Shown in pieces: positions 10,058 through 17,878 of a DNA stretch of 64,000 nt (positions within the stretch are counted from its first letter, which is position 1; every line of letters begins with the position of its first letter). The position numbers and the translations under genes are program-made. The DNA comes from an uncultured Candidatus Saccharibacteria bacterium. GTDB taxonomy: Bacteria > Patescibacteriota > Saccharimonadia > Saccharimonadales > CAYLGV01. The notes below the pieces were generated by a model, which had not been told where the DNA came from, did no database searches, and saw only the letters and a program-made list of their open reading frames with translations. The stretch spans positions 67,656 through 131,655 of the forward strand of contig CAYMZG010000001.1 of assembly GCA_964394925.1 (NCBI GenBank), given 5' to 3'.

Positions 10058-10066
10058 ATTATAGCA
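10058..10066 (-). promoter_or_regulatory. Extended -10 promoter (TGCTATAAT) for the RT leader
   Basis: The minus strand reads ggggTGcTATAATgtaaggg|ctgccc. The predicted TSS coincides with the first bases of the upstream repeat copy. Confidence 0.5.
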
Positions 10067-10129
10067 CCCCTGTTGGTGAGACTCCGTTGTATAAATAGCC
10101 AATTTTTGGGGCTGAATTTACCAAAGCTT

Positions 10130-11260
10130 TTAAAAGCTCAGCCACTCTTCATTCTGGACAGCACCACGGTTCTTGATGCGAATACCTGGTTCGTCTGTCA
10201 CTTGACCTATTGCTTGAGCCACGACACCTGCTTGTGCAGCTTCCGCTAACACCTTTTCAGGTTCTGGTGTAGCGATAACCATTCCAGAACCCATGTGCCA
10301 TTTACCGTAGGCTTTTTCGTCATCAAAACCTCGTAACCGCTGAACTTCAAGCATTATTTTTGGTGGTGTAATCGGACTATCTAACGTAACACCTAAGCCA
10401 GAAGGTTCAAGCATTCGTCCTAACTTGCTAGGCTGACCGCCGCCAGTTATATGTGCCACGCCAGTCACTTTTGCCTTTGGCTCTTTTTCAATGTCGTATC
10501 CACCAGTTAATTCACTGACAAAACCTGAGTAAATAACCGATGGCTTTTGCACCAATCTACCCAGGCTAAGTTCACCAAGTTCTGCAATAACTTCATGTTG
10601 CCATTCTGGTCCATAGTGTTCCAGCATCGCTTTACGAACATCGGTTATCCCGTTAGAACGGAAACCATGCTCAGCTAGACCAACAAGCGTGTCACCAGGC
10701 TGTATTTGATGTCCAGTCAACATACGCTCTTTATGTGCAAACCATAAGACTGCTGCACCCCAGTTATAGTTAAAGTCACCATAACCACCAACCCTATCAC
10801 CCAGTTCGGCAACCTCGCCGTTCACAACCACAACTCTTGCAGCTTTTGCCGCATCTACATAACCTTGTCCAAGCTGCCGTACAGCATCGCGAGTGTGTTC
10901 TGTGTCGTTAAGCTGCCTAACATCAAGAATTGAGCCAATGGCAATTGGTTCTGCGCCACGCACTACCGCATCGTCACAAACCATAGCGAATAAGTCATGC
11001 GCAACAACCGAGTGGTCATCAAGCCGTTCAGAAACTTCTACTTTAGTGCCTACGCCATCAAATGCTAGGTTCATATACATATTGCCGAGGTCTTTCAGCG
11101 CAGTTGCAGGGATAGCCCGTAGACCTGAGAATGACTCATGAAACTCTACCAATAACCCTGGTCGGTTATCGTGTGTCATTTTTGATGCTTCGTAGAGCAT
11201 CCTCGAAACATCATCTCCTAGTTCAATATTCACATCTTGGATAGGTCCGCGTTCAGCCAT
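10130..11260 (-). CDS. purM: PurM-like AIR synthase family protein (phosphoribosylformylglycinamidine cyclo-ligase-like)
   Basis: DGVGTK motif (AFDGVGTKVEV), DLFAMVCDD and AHITGGGQ. The ATG at 11260 is preceded by AAAGGAG and a TATAAT box; the ORF-track start at 11317 is probably too long. Confidence 0.7.
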   Translation of the reverse strand: MAERGPIQDVNIELGDDVSRMLYEASKMTHDNRPGLLVEFHESFSGLRAIPATALKDLGNMYMNLAFDGVGTKVEVSERLDDHSVVAHDLFAMVCDDAVVRGAEPIAIGSILDVRQLNDTEHTRDAVRQLGQGYVDAAKAARVVVVNGEVAELGDRVGGYGDFNYNWGAAVLWFAHKERMLTGHQIQPGDTLVGLAEHGFRSNGITDVRKAMLEHYGPEWQHEVIAELGELSLGRLVQKPSVIYSGFVSELTGGYDIEKEPKAKVTGVAHITGGGQPSKLGRMLEPSGLGVTLDSPITPPKIMLEVQRLRGFDDEKAYGKWHMGSGMVIATPEPEKVLAEAAQAGVVAQAIGQVTDEPGIRIKNRGAVQNEEWLSF

Positions 11261-11535
11261 AAAACTCCTTTTCATAAGATTATAGATACCTATCACCGCA
11301 AACCAAAGCAGTAGCACTTTTAATAAGCATAAAACGGGGGGCGGGTCGCCTTTGACCCCTGTTAAAGGTACTCCGCTGTATAAATAGCGAATTTATGGGG
11401 GTAGATTTTACCAAGCGTTTTTTGGACAGAAAAAAGCAATACCGAATTTTTGGGAACAACTTTCAAAATACGCTTTTTGCGCCAAGAAATGGGCGACTCG
11501 CGTAATAGTATTCGGCGTAAGCTGGTACTGGTTTA

Positions 11536-11560
11536 GACGACCTGCGGGTCGTCCTTTTTT
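11536..11560 (+). terminator. Orphan rho-independent terminator
   Basis: GACGACC-tgcg-GGTCGTC hairpin followed by cTTTTTT. No annotated plus-strand gene lies upstream of it. Confidence 0.55.
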
Positions 11561-11604
11561 ATGGAATGGACCTGCTAATAACAAAGTAATAGGAGGTTCA
11601 TATC

Positions 11605-12018
11605 GTGAAAGATAAAAAGCTTTTTAAGAAATGGTGGTTCTGGGTAATCGTTGTTGTTGTCCTTGGGGCAATAGGTTCACTTGGTCAAAGCGGCAAGGAC
11701 AGCACAACCAATACAAATACGCAGCAAACCGCCAATAGTACAAACAACACTGGAACATTGCCAAGGCTAAACACAGACGACTATAAGGGCAAGGAGGGTC
11801 TGGTAGTTTACAAGGAGCTAAAAGCTAAGGGCTACAAAGTCGATGCCACCTTTGAGAACCAAGCTCTTACTGACATTAACGGCAAAGCATCTGATTTGTT
11901 TGAGCCACTAGACCCCAACAAAGCTAATGACAAGCAATCTGTTGACTCATTTGTAGTTGGTAGCCTAACGCAAGAAGGAGATAGCATTAGTCTGCTTATT
12001 GCTAAGTCATCAAACTAA
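11605..12018 (+). CDS. Hypothetical membrane-anchored/secreted protein
   Basis: GTG start with AGGAGG 8 nt upstream. N-terminal TM helix (WWFWVIVVVVLGAIG) followed by a Thr/Asn-rich linker. Confidence 0.55.
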   Translation: MKDKKLFKKWWFWVIVVVVLGAIGSLGQSGKDSTTNTNTQQTANSTNNTGTLPRLNTDDYKGKEGLVVYKELKAKGYKVDATFENQALTDINGKASDLFEPLDPNKANDKQSVDSFVVGSLTQEGDSISLLIAKSSN

Positions 12019-12396
12019 GACTGCGCTATACTAGGAATACACATTAAAAATTTAACCGTATTCCATGTAGCAGCTAATCGCGGAGACGACCCGCTTAAAC
12101 TATCGGGGCTGCACACATACATGGAATGTAAGTAAAAACGAGACACGGACTCGGCATAAAACGGGCTTACACGCGGACTAATTAGGGCAATTGCCTTGAG
12201 GAGTCGTTGTGGAGTCCGTTTTTTCACAAATCAACCGGGATATAGGAGTGGTCGCACTCCTAAGTATCCTTGCTACTTACGCAAAGGTAGAAACACAAAC
12301 TAAGCCATTCTTGATTAAGGACGGCATAAAAATCATTTTGTAGACATAAGCCTAAGTGAGCTCTAACTATGTGAGCAAGGATTATATAATCTAGCT

Positions 12397-14049
12397 ATGG
12401 CTGAGCTAAACAATACTCAGAAATTATTAGAACTACTCCAAGCAGGTCAACCAAAGTCACCGGCTGATGTTGACACTGGTACTGTTCGCTATGCGTTGTA
12501 TGCTCGCAAGTCAACCACTAGCGAAGACAGACAGGCGTCTTCTATTGAGGACCAAATTAAAGAGTGTATGGAGAATGTCGTATCTCCTAATAACCTTAAT
12601 ATCGTAAAGGTCTATGACGAAAGCTTCTCAGCAAAAGTAGCTGATACGCGCGTGAAGTTTAATGCAATGATTAGCGAGATTGAGAACGGTCGTATTGACG
12701 GCGTTATTGCATGGCATCCTGATAGGCTCTCACGAAATATGAAAGAGGCTGGTGCAATCATTGACCTTGTAGATAGAGGTCTAATTAAGGACCTACGATT
12801 TAGTACATTTACTTTTGAGAATACCCCTGCTGGCAAAATGCTCCTGGGCATAACTTTCGTCATGGCAAAGCAATACTCAGAGCACCTCTCGGAGTCAGTG
12901 GACCGAGGCAATAAGCGAACGGTCGTGGAAAGAACTGAGTTTATTGGCAAATTCAAGCATGGTTATATTGTAGATATTGACCGCGCATTCCAACCCGACC
13001 CACACAACTTCACCAAGGTTAAAGAGATGTTTGCCATGGCGCTCGCCGGTAAATCACAGAAGGATATCCGACTATGGATAAATGAGCAGGGTTATACGGT
13101 CCAAAAACGCGCAGGTGGTGAATATGTGCAGCACATCTGGGATAAAGATGATGTGTCTAAGCTACTCAGAGACCCTCACTATGCCGGGGTACACAAATGG
13201 GGCAAAAACCTGACCGACCTAGTTGAGGCTTACGACTTTGAGCCGATGATAACCGTTAATGAATTCCTCAGGATAAATAAGATAGATAGCCTGAACTCAT
13301 CAAAGGTATTGGCAATTAGTAGACCAAGGAGCGGTGATATAGGCGCTGACCTGCTTCGTGGTATGGTCTACTGCTCTATGTGTAATAAGACCTTTACCTC
13401 AATGCTTATACCAAAACGAGACAAAGTTACTAAGGAAATCATCCATGCTCGCTACTACTATAAATGCGAGACAGAAGGCTGCTCTATGGTTAATAAATCT
13501 GCTCGCGGTGGGCTGGTCATAGAGGCTGCGCAACAGTTCTTTAGGCAATACCTATTCGTTACTAAGAGCAACTATGCCTATTACGCGAAGGAGGCTGAAA
13601 AAGAGGCTAACCGTAAGGCGACTGAGTTTACTAGCGCCATAGCAAGACTAAAGCTGCTCATTGCCAACAAAGAGAAATCATATGAGGAGGTAAAAGACCT
13701 CATCATAAAGAACCCCGAGCTAAAAGACCACTACGACCTGGCAAAATATGCTAAGGAAATTAAAAAGCTCAAGAAAGACTATAAGGAGGCAGCCGACTCA
13801 CGCGACAAAATTAAGAGCGCTATTCCAAGTTTCGAGGAATACCTCAAACTCCTGGAGTCGACTCCCGTTATTCTGAGTAAAATACGCGACATGAAGACCA
13901 TGGATGCTCTACTGCGTGTTTTCTTCTCTAATTTCACGATTACACCGGGCGAAAAAGACTTTCGTAAGGGGTCAACTGTTACCTATAAACTAAACGAACC
14001 CTGGCAAGGGTTCGTTGATGACGATGATTTCGTTTCTGGTGCCAGATAG
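12397..14049 (+). CDS. Large serine recombinase (rec1)
   Basis: N-terminal resolvase-type catalytic region (YALYARKSTTSEDRQ...DGVIAWHPDRLSRN), a recombinase domain, a zinc ribbon (CSMCNK...YYKCETEGC) and a coiled-coil tail. The last 4 codons and the stop lie in the shared att-like core/IR. Confidence 0.9.
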   Translation: MAELNNTQKLLELLQAGQPKSPADVDTGTVRYALYARKSTTSEDRQASSIEDQIKECMENVVSPNNLNIVKVYDESFSAKVADTRVKFNAMISEIENGRIDGVIAWHPDRLSRNMKEAGAIIDLVDRGLIKDLRFSTFTFENTPAGKMLLGITFVMAKQYSEHLSESVDRGNKRTVVERTEFIGKFKHGYIVDIDRAFQPDPHNFTKVKEMFAMALAGKSQKDIRLWINEQGYTVQKRAGGEYVQHIWDKDDVSKLLRDPHYAGVHKWGKNLTDLVEAYDFEPMITVNEFLRINKIDSLNSSKVLAISRPRSGDIGADLLRGMVYCSMCNKTFTSMLIPKRDKVTKEIIHARYYYKCETEGCSMVNKSARGGLVIEAAQQFFRQYLFVTKSNYAYYAKEAEKEANRKATEFTSAIARLKLLIANKEKSYEEVKDLIIKNPELKDHYDLAKYAKEIKKLKKDYKEAADSRDKIKSAIPSFEEYLKLLESTPVILSKIRDMKTMDALLRVFFSNFTITPGEKDFRKGSTVTYKLNEPWQGFVDDDDFVSGAR

Positions 14050-14260
14050 CCAGCATATTCCAAACAATAAATGCCACTAATGTAGACGTGTACAAGCTTG
14101 AAGCTCTGGCACAGCAATTTAACCTAGCGGGAGATTTGCTCCAAGCATAAAGCTGGAAGGTAAATCACAGCCTGTGCAGGTTCTGTTTAATGACAAGTGC
14201 TTGGTAGCGCTTTGCTGCTGCCAATGTTGCTAGGCAATAACAGTGAGGTATCAGTGAGAA
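14037..14260. repeat. IR-A left arm (224 bp), begins with core TGGTGC
   Basis: Perfect reverse complement of 24003-24226 when compared block by block. Confidence 0.9.
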
Positions 14261-14910
14261 CTTAATTCAGATAGTAGCACCTTGAAGTTAAGCTCACCTA
14301 TATTCTTGGGCGAGATAACAACATTCTGTGCGCTGCTTAGTGTCATATAACTGTGGCTGACTAATTCAGGTATAGCTTGGAGCCAAAGAGCCTTGCTCCT
14401 CATAATTACAATCGTTTTATTTTGCTTTATTGCTTCCTTAACAAGCTCAAAGGAGTAAAGCTGTGAAGGAGTAAAAGCGTTGATATGTTTGTAGTTAATT
14501 GAGTGATAGGGAAAGTATTCAATCATCATAATTTTATCTCTAAGTGCTTCTAGGGACACGCCAGCATTTAATAGTGGTTTAAGTTTTGCGCTCCACCATT
14601 TATAGCCACCCGTTTTTTCTAGCCCGCCGTTAAAGTAATAGAATGGTGATTCAAAGGGGTCATTTAGATTACCCCGACACCCTTCAATAAATGCAGTGAG
14701 TTTCATATTCACGCTTACATCTGAATCAGTAAAACCTGGATTAAGTGCCAAGAACACTACCTTTGCATTATTAAGACCACCTACAAGAGGTTCAGGTAGC
14801 GTATCAAGTCGCAAGCCAATGAAGTTTTTGTGATTCTCAATAACTGCTAAGTCATCATCAAGAATATAAGGTTCTCTAAATGGTAGTGACTTCCAAGGAT
14901 TACTTCGCAT
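14251..14910 (-). CDS. Hypothetical protein, possible uracil-DNA glycosylase superfamily member
   Basis: VVFLALNPGF resembles the MUG/UDG motif-1 (G-x-NPG) and EYFPYHS loosely resembles motif 2. The assignment is weak. The last 10 nt lie inside IR-A. Confidence 0.45.
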   Translation of the reverse strand: MRSNPWKSLPFREPYILDDDLAVIENHKNFIGLRLDTLPEPLVGGLNNAKVVFLALNPGFTDSDVSVNMKLTAFIEGCRGNLNDPFESPFYYFNGGLEKTGGYKWWSAKLKPLLNAGVSLEALRDKIMMIEYFPYHSINYKHINAFTPSQLYSFELVKEAIKQNKTIVIMRSKALWLQAIPELVSHSYMTLSSAQNVVISPKNIGELNFKVLLSELSSH

Positions 14911-14996
14911 ACATATATGTTATTACATTCGTTTAGAAGTAATAGCTTTTACTTTTATTAGTTCCCCTATACCACTACAAAGTCTATAATCAGCTT

Positions 14997-15848
14997 ATGG
15001 GATTATTATCTAAACTATTCAATTCGGACAATCAAAAGGAACCAAAAATTACTGTAACCGTAACTGGCGGAATAGAAGATGACGGTTATAAACCAGCGAA
15101 GCGTGAGTTTAGTGATAATGAAGCTGGTTTACTAGATACTATTAACACTAATGAAACAGTAGTTCCCACGCAAAAACTTCCGTTTTCTAATGTATGTCCA
15201 TACTGTGGAGTAGTCCAATCCAAGCCAGTAGGACGCAAGAAGAACTGTTCAGATTGTAAAAAGCCTATCTATGTAAGAACTACGCAAGACCTTTTTCCTT
15301 CTAGTGCATTAACGGAAGAACAAGTAGCTCACGTTGATTTTTATATGGGAATGAAGAACTACCTAATGGCTACGAAAGATGATTTCAAAAGGCACGAAAA
15401 GCTCTTACAGAAGAAATGGAATACACCAAAAGTTAATACCTACGACGTACTTTGGTCAATGTACAACGACACAGAGCTTTTAAAGCGAAATATAGATAAA
15501 TCCTACACTGGAAAGTGGGCTACTATACAGTTATTACGTAATCATCAGATTGCTACTTTTGAAGCAGCAGAGTATCAAGCAGCAAGAGGTAATGACCCAA
15601 CCCCTTACCTAAAAACAGCACAAGAGTATTCACTAAAAATGGCAAAGTTAAATGAATACGCAAAAGGTCTTACAGTTCAAAGTTATTCTTGTTGCGACGC
15701 CTGTACAAAGTTCCACGATAAGACGTTCACATTAGACTTTATTGAAAAAACACCAGTACTACCTATTAAGACCTGTACTCACCCTTTTAGGGACGGTTCT
15801 AAGTTTGTTCTGTGTACTTGCAGGTACAGTGAATACACCGAATACTAA
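14997..15848 (+). CDS. Hypothetical Cys-rich (zinc-ribbon) protein
   Basis: CPYCG...CSDCKK and CCDAC...CTHPF...CTCRY clusters. No known family recognised. Confidence 0.5.
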   Translation: MGLLSKLFNSDNQKEPKITVTVTGGIEDDGYKPAKREFSDNEAGLLDTINTNETVVPTQKLPFSNVCPYCGVVQSKPVGRKKNCSDCKKPIYVRTTQDLFPSSALTEEQVAHVDFYMGMKNYLMATKDDFKRHEKLLQKKWNTPKVNTYDVLWSMYNDTELLKRNIDKSYTGKWATIQLLRNHQIATFEAAEYQAARGNDPTPYLKTAQEYSLKMAKLNEYAKGLTVQSYSCCDACTKFHDKTFTLDFIEKTPVLPIKTCTHPFRDGSKFVLCTCRYSEYTEY

Positions 15849-15852
15849 CAAG

Positions 15853-17355
15853 TTATTCCTTGCACAGCTCCATTAAGTAATCGTAAATCTTTACCATTGC
15901 TAGCGTGTCTAAGCAACAATAGGTTTTTAGCGACTTGTAAATATGTTGAGCTTCTTCGTTGGTTAAAGCGCCTGTAACAGCTTCATACCAGCGAATAGAA
16001 GCTGATAGTCCATTTTGTATATCAAGCTCTTTATAGCTAAACTCTGGGACTAATACCGGCAATACATATTTTATTGAGCTACTACCCTTAAAATCGTGAT
16101 GTACATAATGCTGTTTACTAAACACGTCCATTAAATCAAATACACGATTATTCATATCTGTAAGATAGTCGGAGTATTCGGGATACGACTTAGCCATTTC
16201 TACATTACGTCCAGTTTCAAAAGATTTATTCCAGACTATTACACTCCCTGTATCGCCAAGGTTTTCCTTCAAACTTCGCAGCAACCCTTCCATTGGAGCT
16301 TTCTCGTTATCGGTCGCTAAGTATTCAAAATGCTCTAGTTCACTATTTTTATCTTTCTTTACGTGTAAAGAATACTGGAAAGGTAATTGCTGAAACGGAG
16401 AGCTACCACTAACAAGCGGTAAGGCAGTAGATACAGTTTCGTAATCCAAAAAGTAAAGTGGAAACTCTAATTCGCTGCATAGCTCTTTAATAGAATCTTT
16501 ATCAATTATAGGCTCTTTTGTTTTCGCTACTTGAACTTGATTCTTTTGTATAACGGAAAGCTTTAAGTCTGCTGGAACGTCTTTCACATCATAAATATCA
16601 CCGTCAATGAGTATTCCTAATTTCTTACCGTTAATACGAGAGATATTAAAAACAGAGTATTCGGGAATGTTTGGATTAAAATAATGAAAAGTCGGACAAT
16701 GACCAGACCTAGTTTTTAATTTACAGCTACAGGATTTAGGCTCGTCACTCCTATTAACAAGCTCCACAGCGTCATTTATCTGCTGTTTGATTGTAGGCAT
16801 AATTTTTTCTACTTTTTCAGTTACATCTATTGTTATTAAAAGTTCTTTAGGGTTGATTGCACCTCTACGAACGTACTCTTTATTCAAGTGAATTACTTGT
16901 ACATTGGAGATGAGATACCCTGATTCTTCAAAAGCTATACGTTGAAAAGTAACATCATATATATGCTCTGGCTTAATTGAGTTTGTAGACTTAACTTCGT
17001 ATAGCGTCCAAGTATCATCAGCATTTTTCTTGATTACGTCAGCCATTGCTAATAAGCCAGTTTCAGTAACTACTGTTGCTTGAAATAGAGTTTTAGCATT
17101 CTCTGCAACTAAGACATCAGTGTCTTCTTTTGCTTTTCTACCTCTTGTAGTAATTAGTGTAGCTTCTGGGAATAATTCACGGGCTTTTGCTTCAACCTCG
17201 TTACCTTGTTCTAGGCGACGGTTAATAGCTTCTTCTTCATCAGTAGGGACTAGTTCTGGTTTATGTTTCCAAAGCCAAAGGTAACTAGGGCAACACTGAT
17301 ATTTCAAGAAATCTGACTTTGATAAATATGTTTTTGTTTTTGTGGCGGTTGTCAT
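15853..17355 (-). CDS. DUF2779 domain protein (predicted PD-(D/E)xK/Cas4-like nuclease N-terminus)
   Basis: The N-terminus YLSKSDFLKYQCCPSYLWLW is characteristic of DUF2779, and there is a Cys cluster (CSCKLKTRSGHCP). The start overlaps the upstream stop (ATGA). Confidence 0.7.
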   Translation of the reverse strand: MTTATKTKTYLSKSDFLKYQCCPSYLWLWKHKPELVPTDEEEAINRRLEQGNEVEAKARELFPEATLITTRGRKAKEDTDVLVAENAKTLFQATVVTETGLLAMADVIKKNADDTWTLYEVKSTNSIKPEHIYDVTFQRIAFEESGYLISNVQVIHLNKEYVRRGAINPKELLITIDVTEKVEKIMPTIKQQINDAVELVNRSDEPKSCSCKLKTRSGHCPTFHYFNPNIPEYSVFNISRINGKKLGILIDGDIYDVKDVPADLKLSVIQKNQVQVAKTKEPIIDKDSIKELCSELEFPLYFLDYETVSTALPLVSGSSPFQQLPFQYSLHVKKDKNSELEHFEYLATDNEKAPMEGLLRSLKENLGDTGSVIVWNKSFETGRNVEMAKSYPEYSDYLTDMNNRVFDLMDVFSKQHYVHHDFKGSSSIKYVLPVLVPEFSYKELDIQNGLSASIRWYEAVTGALTNEEAQHIYKSLKTYCCLDTLAMVKIYDYLMELCKE

Positions 17356-17744
17356 AGTTCTACATTTCTTATTCGGTCAAGACGATATTTATAACTGTAA
17401 CCCTTCGTACCTGGTATATGCAAATAAGTGTTATCAAATGTGAAGCTATAAAATACCCTAAAAGTTTTATCATCTTTGTAATAGATTTTTGCAGGTTGGT
17501 TTGATACAGAGCGATATTTCAAATACTCCAAGATGTATTCCATAGATACTTCTTGTTCAAACTTTACTCGTTTAACTACAGGTTTAGTTGCAGACCTAAC
17601 AGTCTTCTGTGTATTCCATTCACCGCACGAAGTACATCTGCCTGACCAAGTTTCAGTCACAGCGTCGCAGTTGCTGCACTGATACCAATTTTTATTAGAA
17701 GTAGATTTTTCTTGCCGACCTATTTGCTGCCTAAACGAGTGCAA
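17352..17744 (-). CDS. Zinc-ribbon protein; the coding frame very likely extends upstream to 17882 or beyond (see slippery site)
   Basis: CSNC-x10-CTSC ribbon. The track start is a TTG, but the same frame stays open upstream to 17939 and encodes a second ribbon (ICSVC-x17-CYLC) with no ATG/GTG/TTG start. Confidence 0.6.
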   Translation of the reverse strand: MHSFRQQIGRQEKSTSNKNWYQCSNCDAVTETWSGRCTSCGEWNTQKTVRSATKPVVKRVKFEQEVSMEYILEYLKYRSVSNQPAKIYYKDDKTFRVFYSFTFDNTYLHIPGTKGYSYKYRLDRIRNVEL

Positions 17745-17878
17745 CGTTTTGCCAGTTACTTTTTCGTAACATAGATAGCACTCTGGTCGTCCTTTGAAAG
17801 GAAATAGCCACGACCATTTTACTTCCTCACAAACGCTACAAATCCGCTTATCGCCTTTTTGTACTGATTCAATAACGG

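Noticed and set aside
9537-10066. Retron msr-msd
   Set aside because: I could not find the flanking a1/a2 inverted repeats or an msd-type long hairpin. The dominant feature is a direct repeat, not an inverted one.
8030-10066. Mobile group II intron
   Set aside because: No GUGYG 5' end was found. No domain V-like 34-nt hairpin lies downstream of the RT stop (8030-8195 inspected). There is no En domain, and perfect 147-bp repeats are not an intron feature.
11394-11507. 37-codon ORF (MGVDFTKRFLDRKK...) within the repeated intergenic motif
   Set aside because: It has no SD, and the indel between motif copies destroys any shared reading frame, so the conservation is at nucleotide level.
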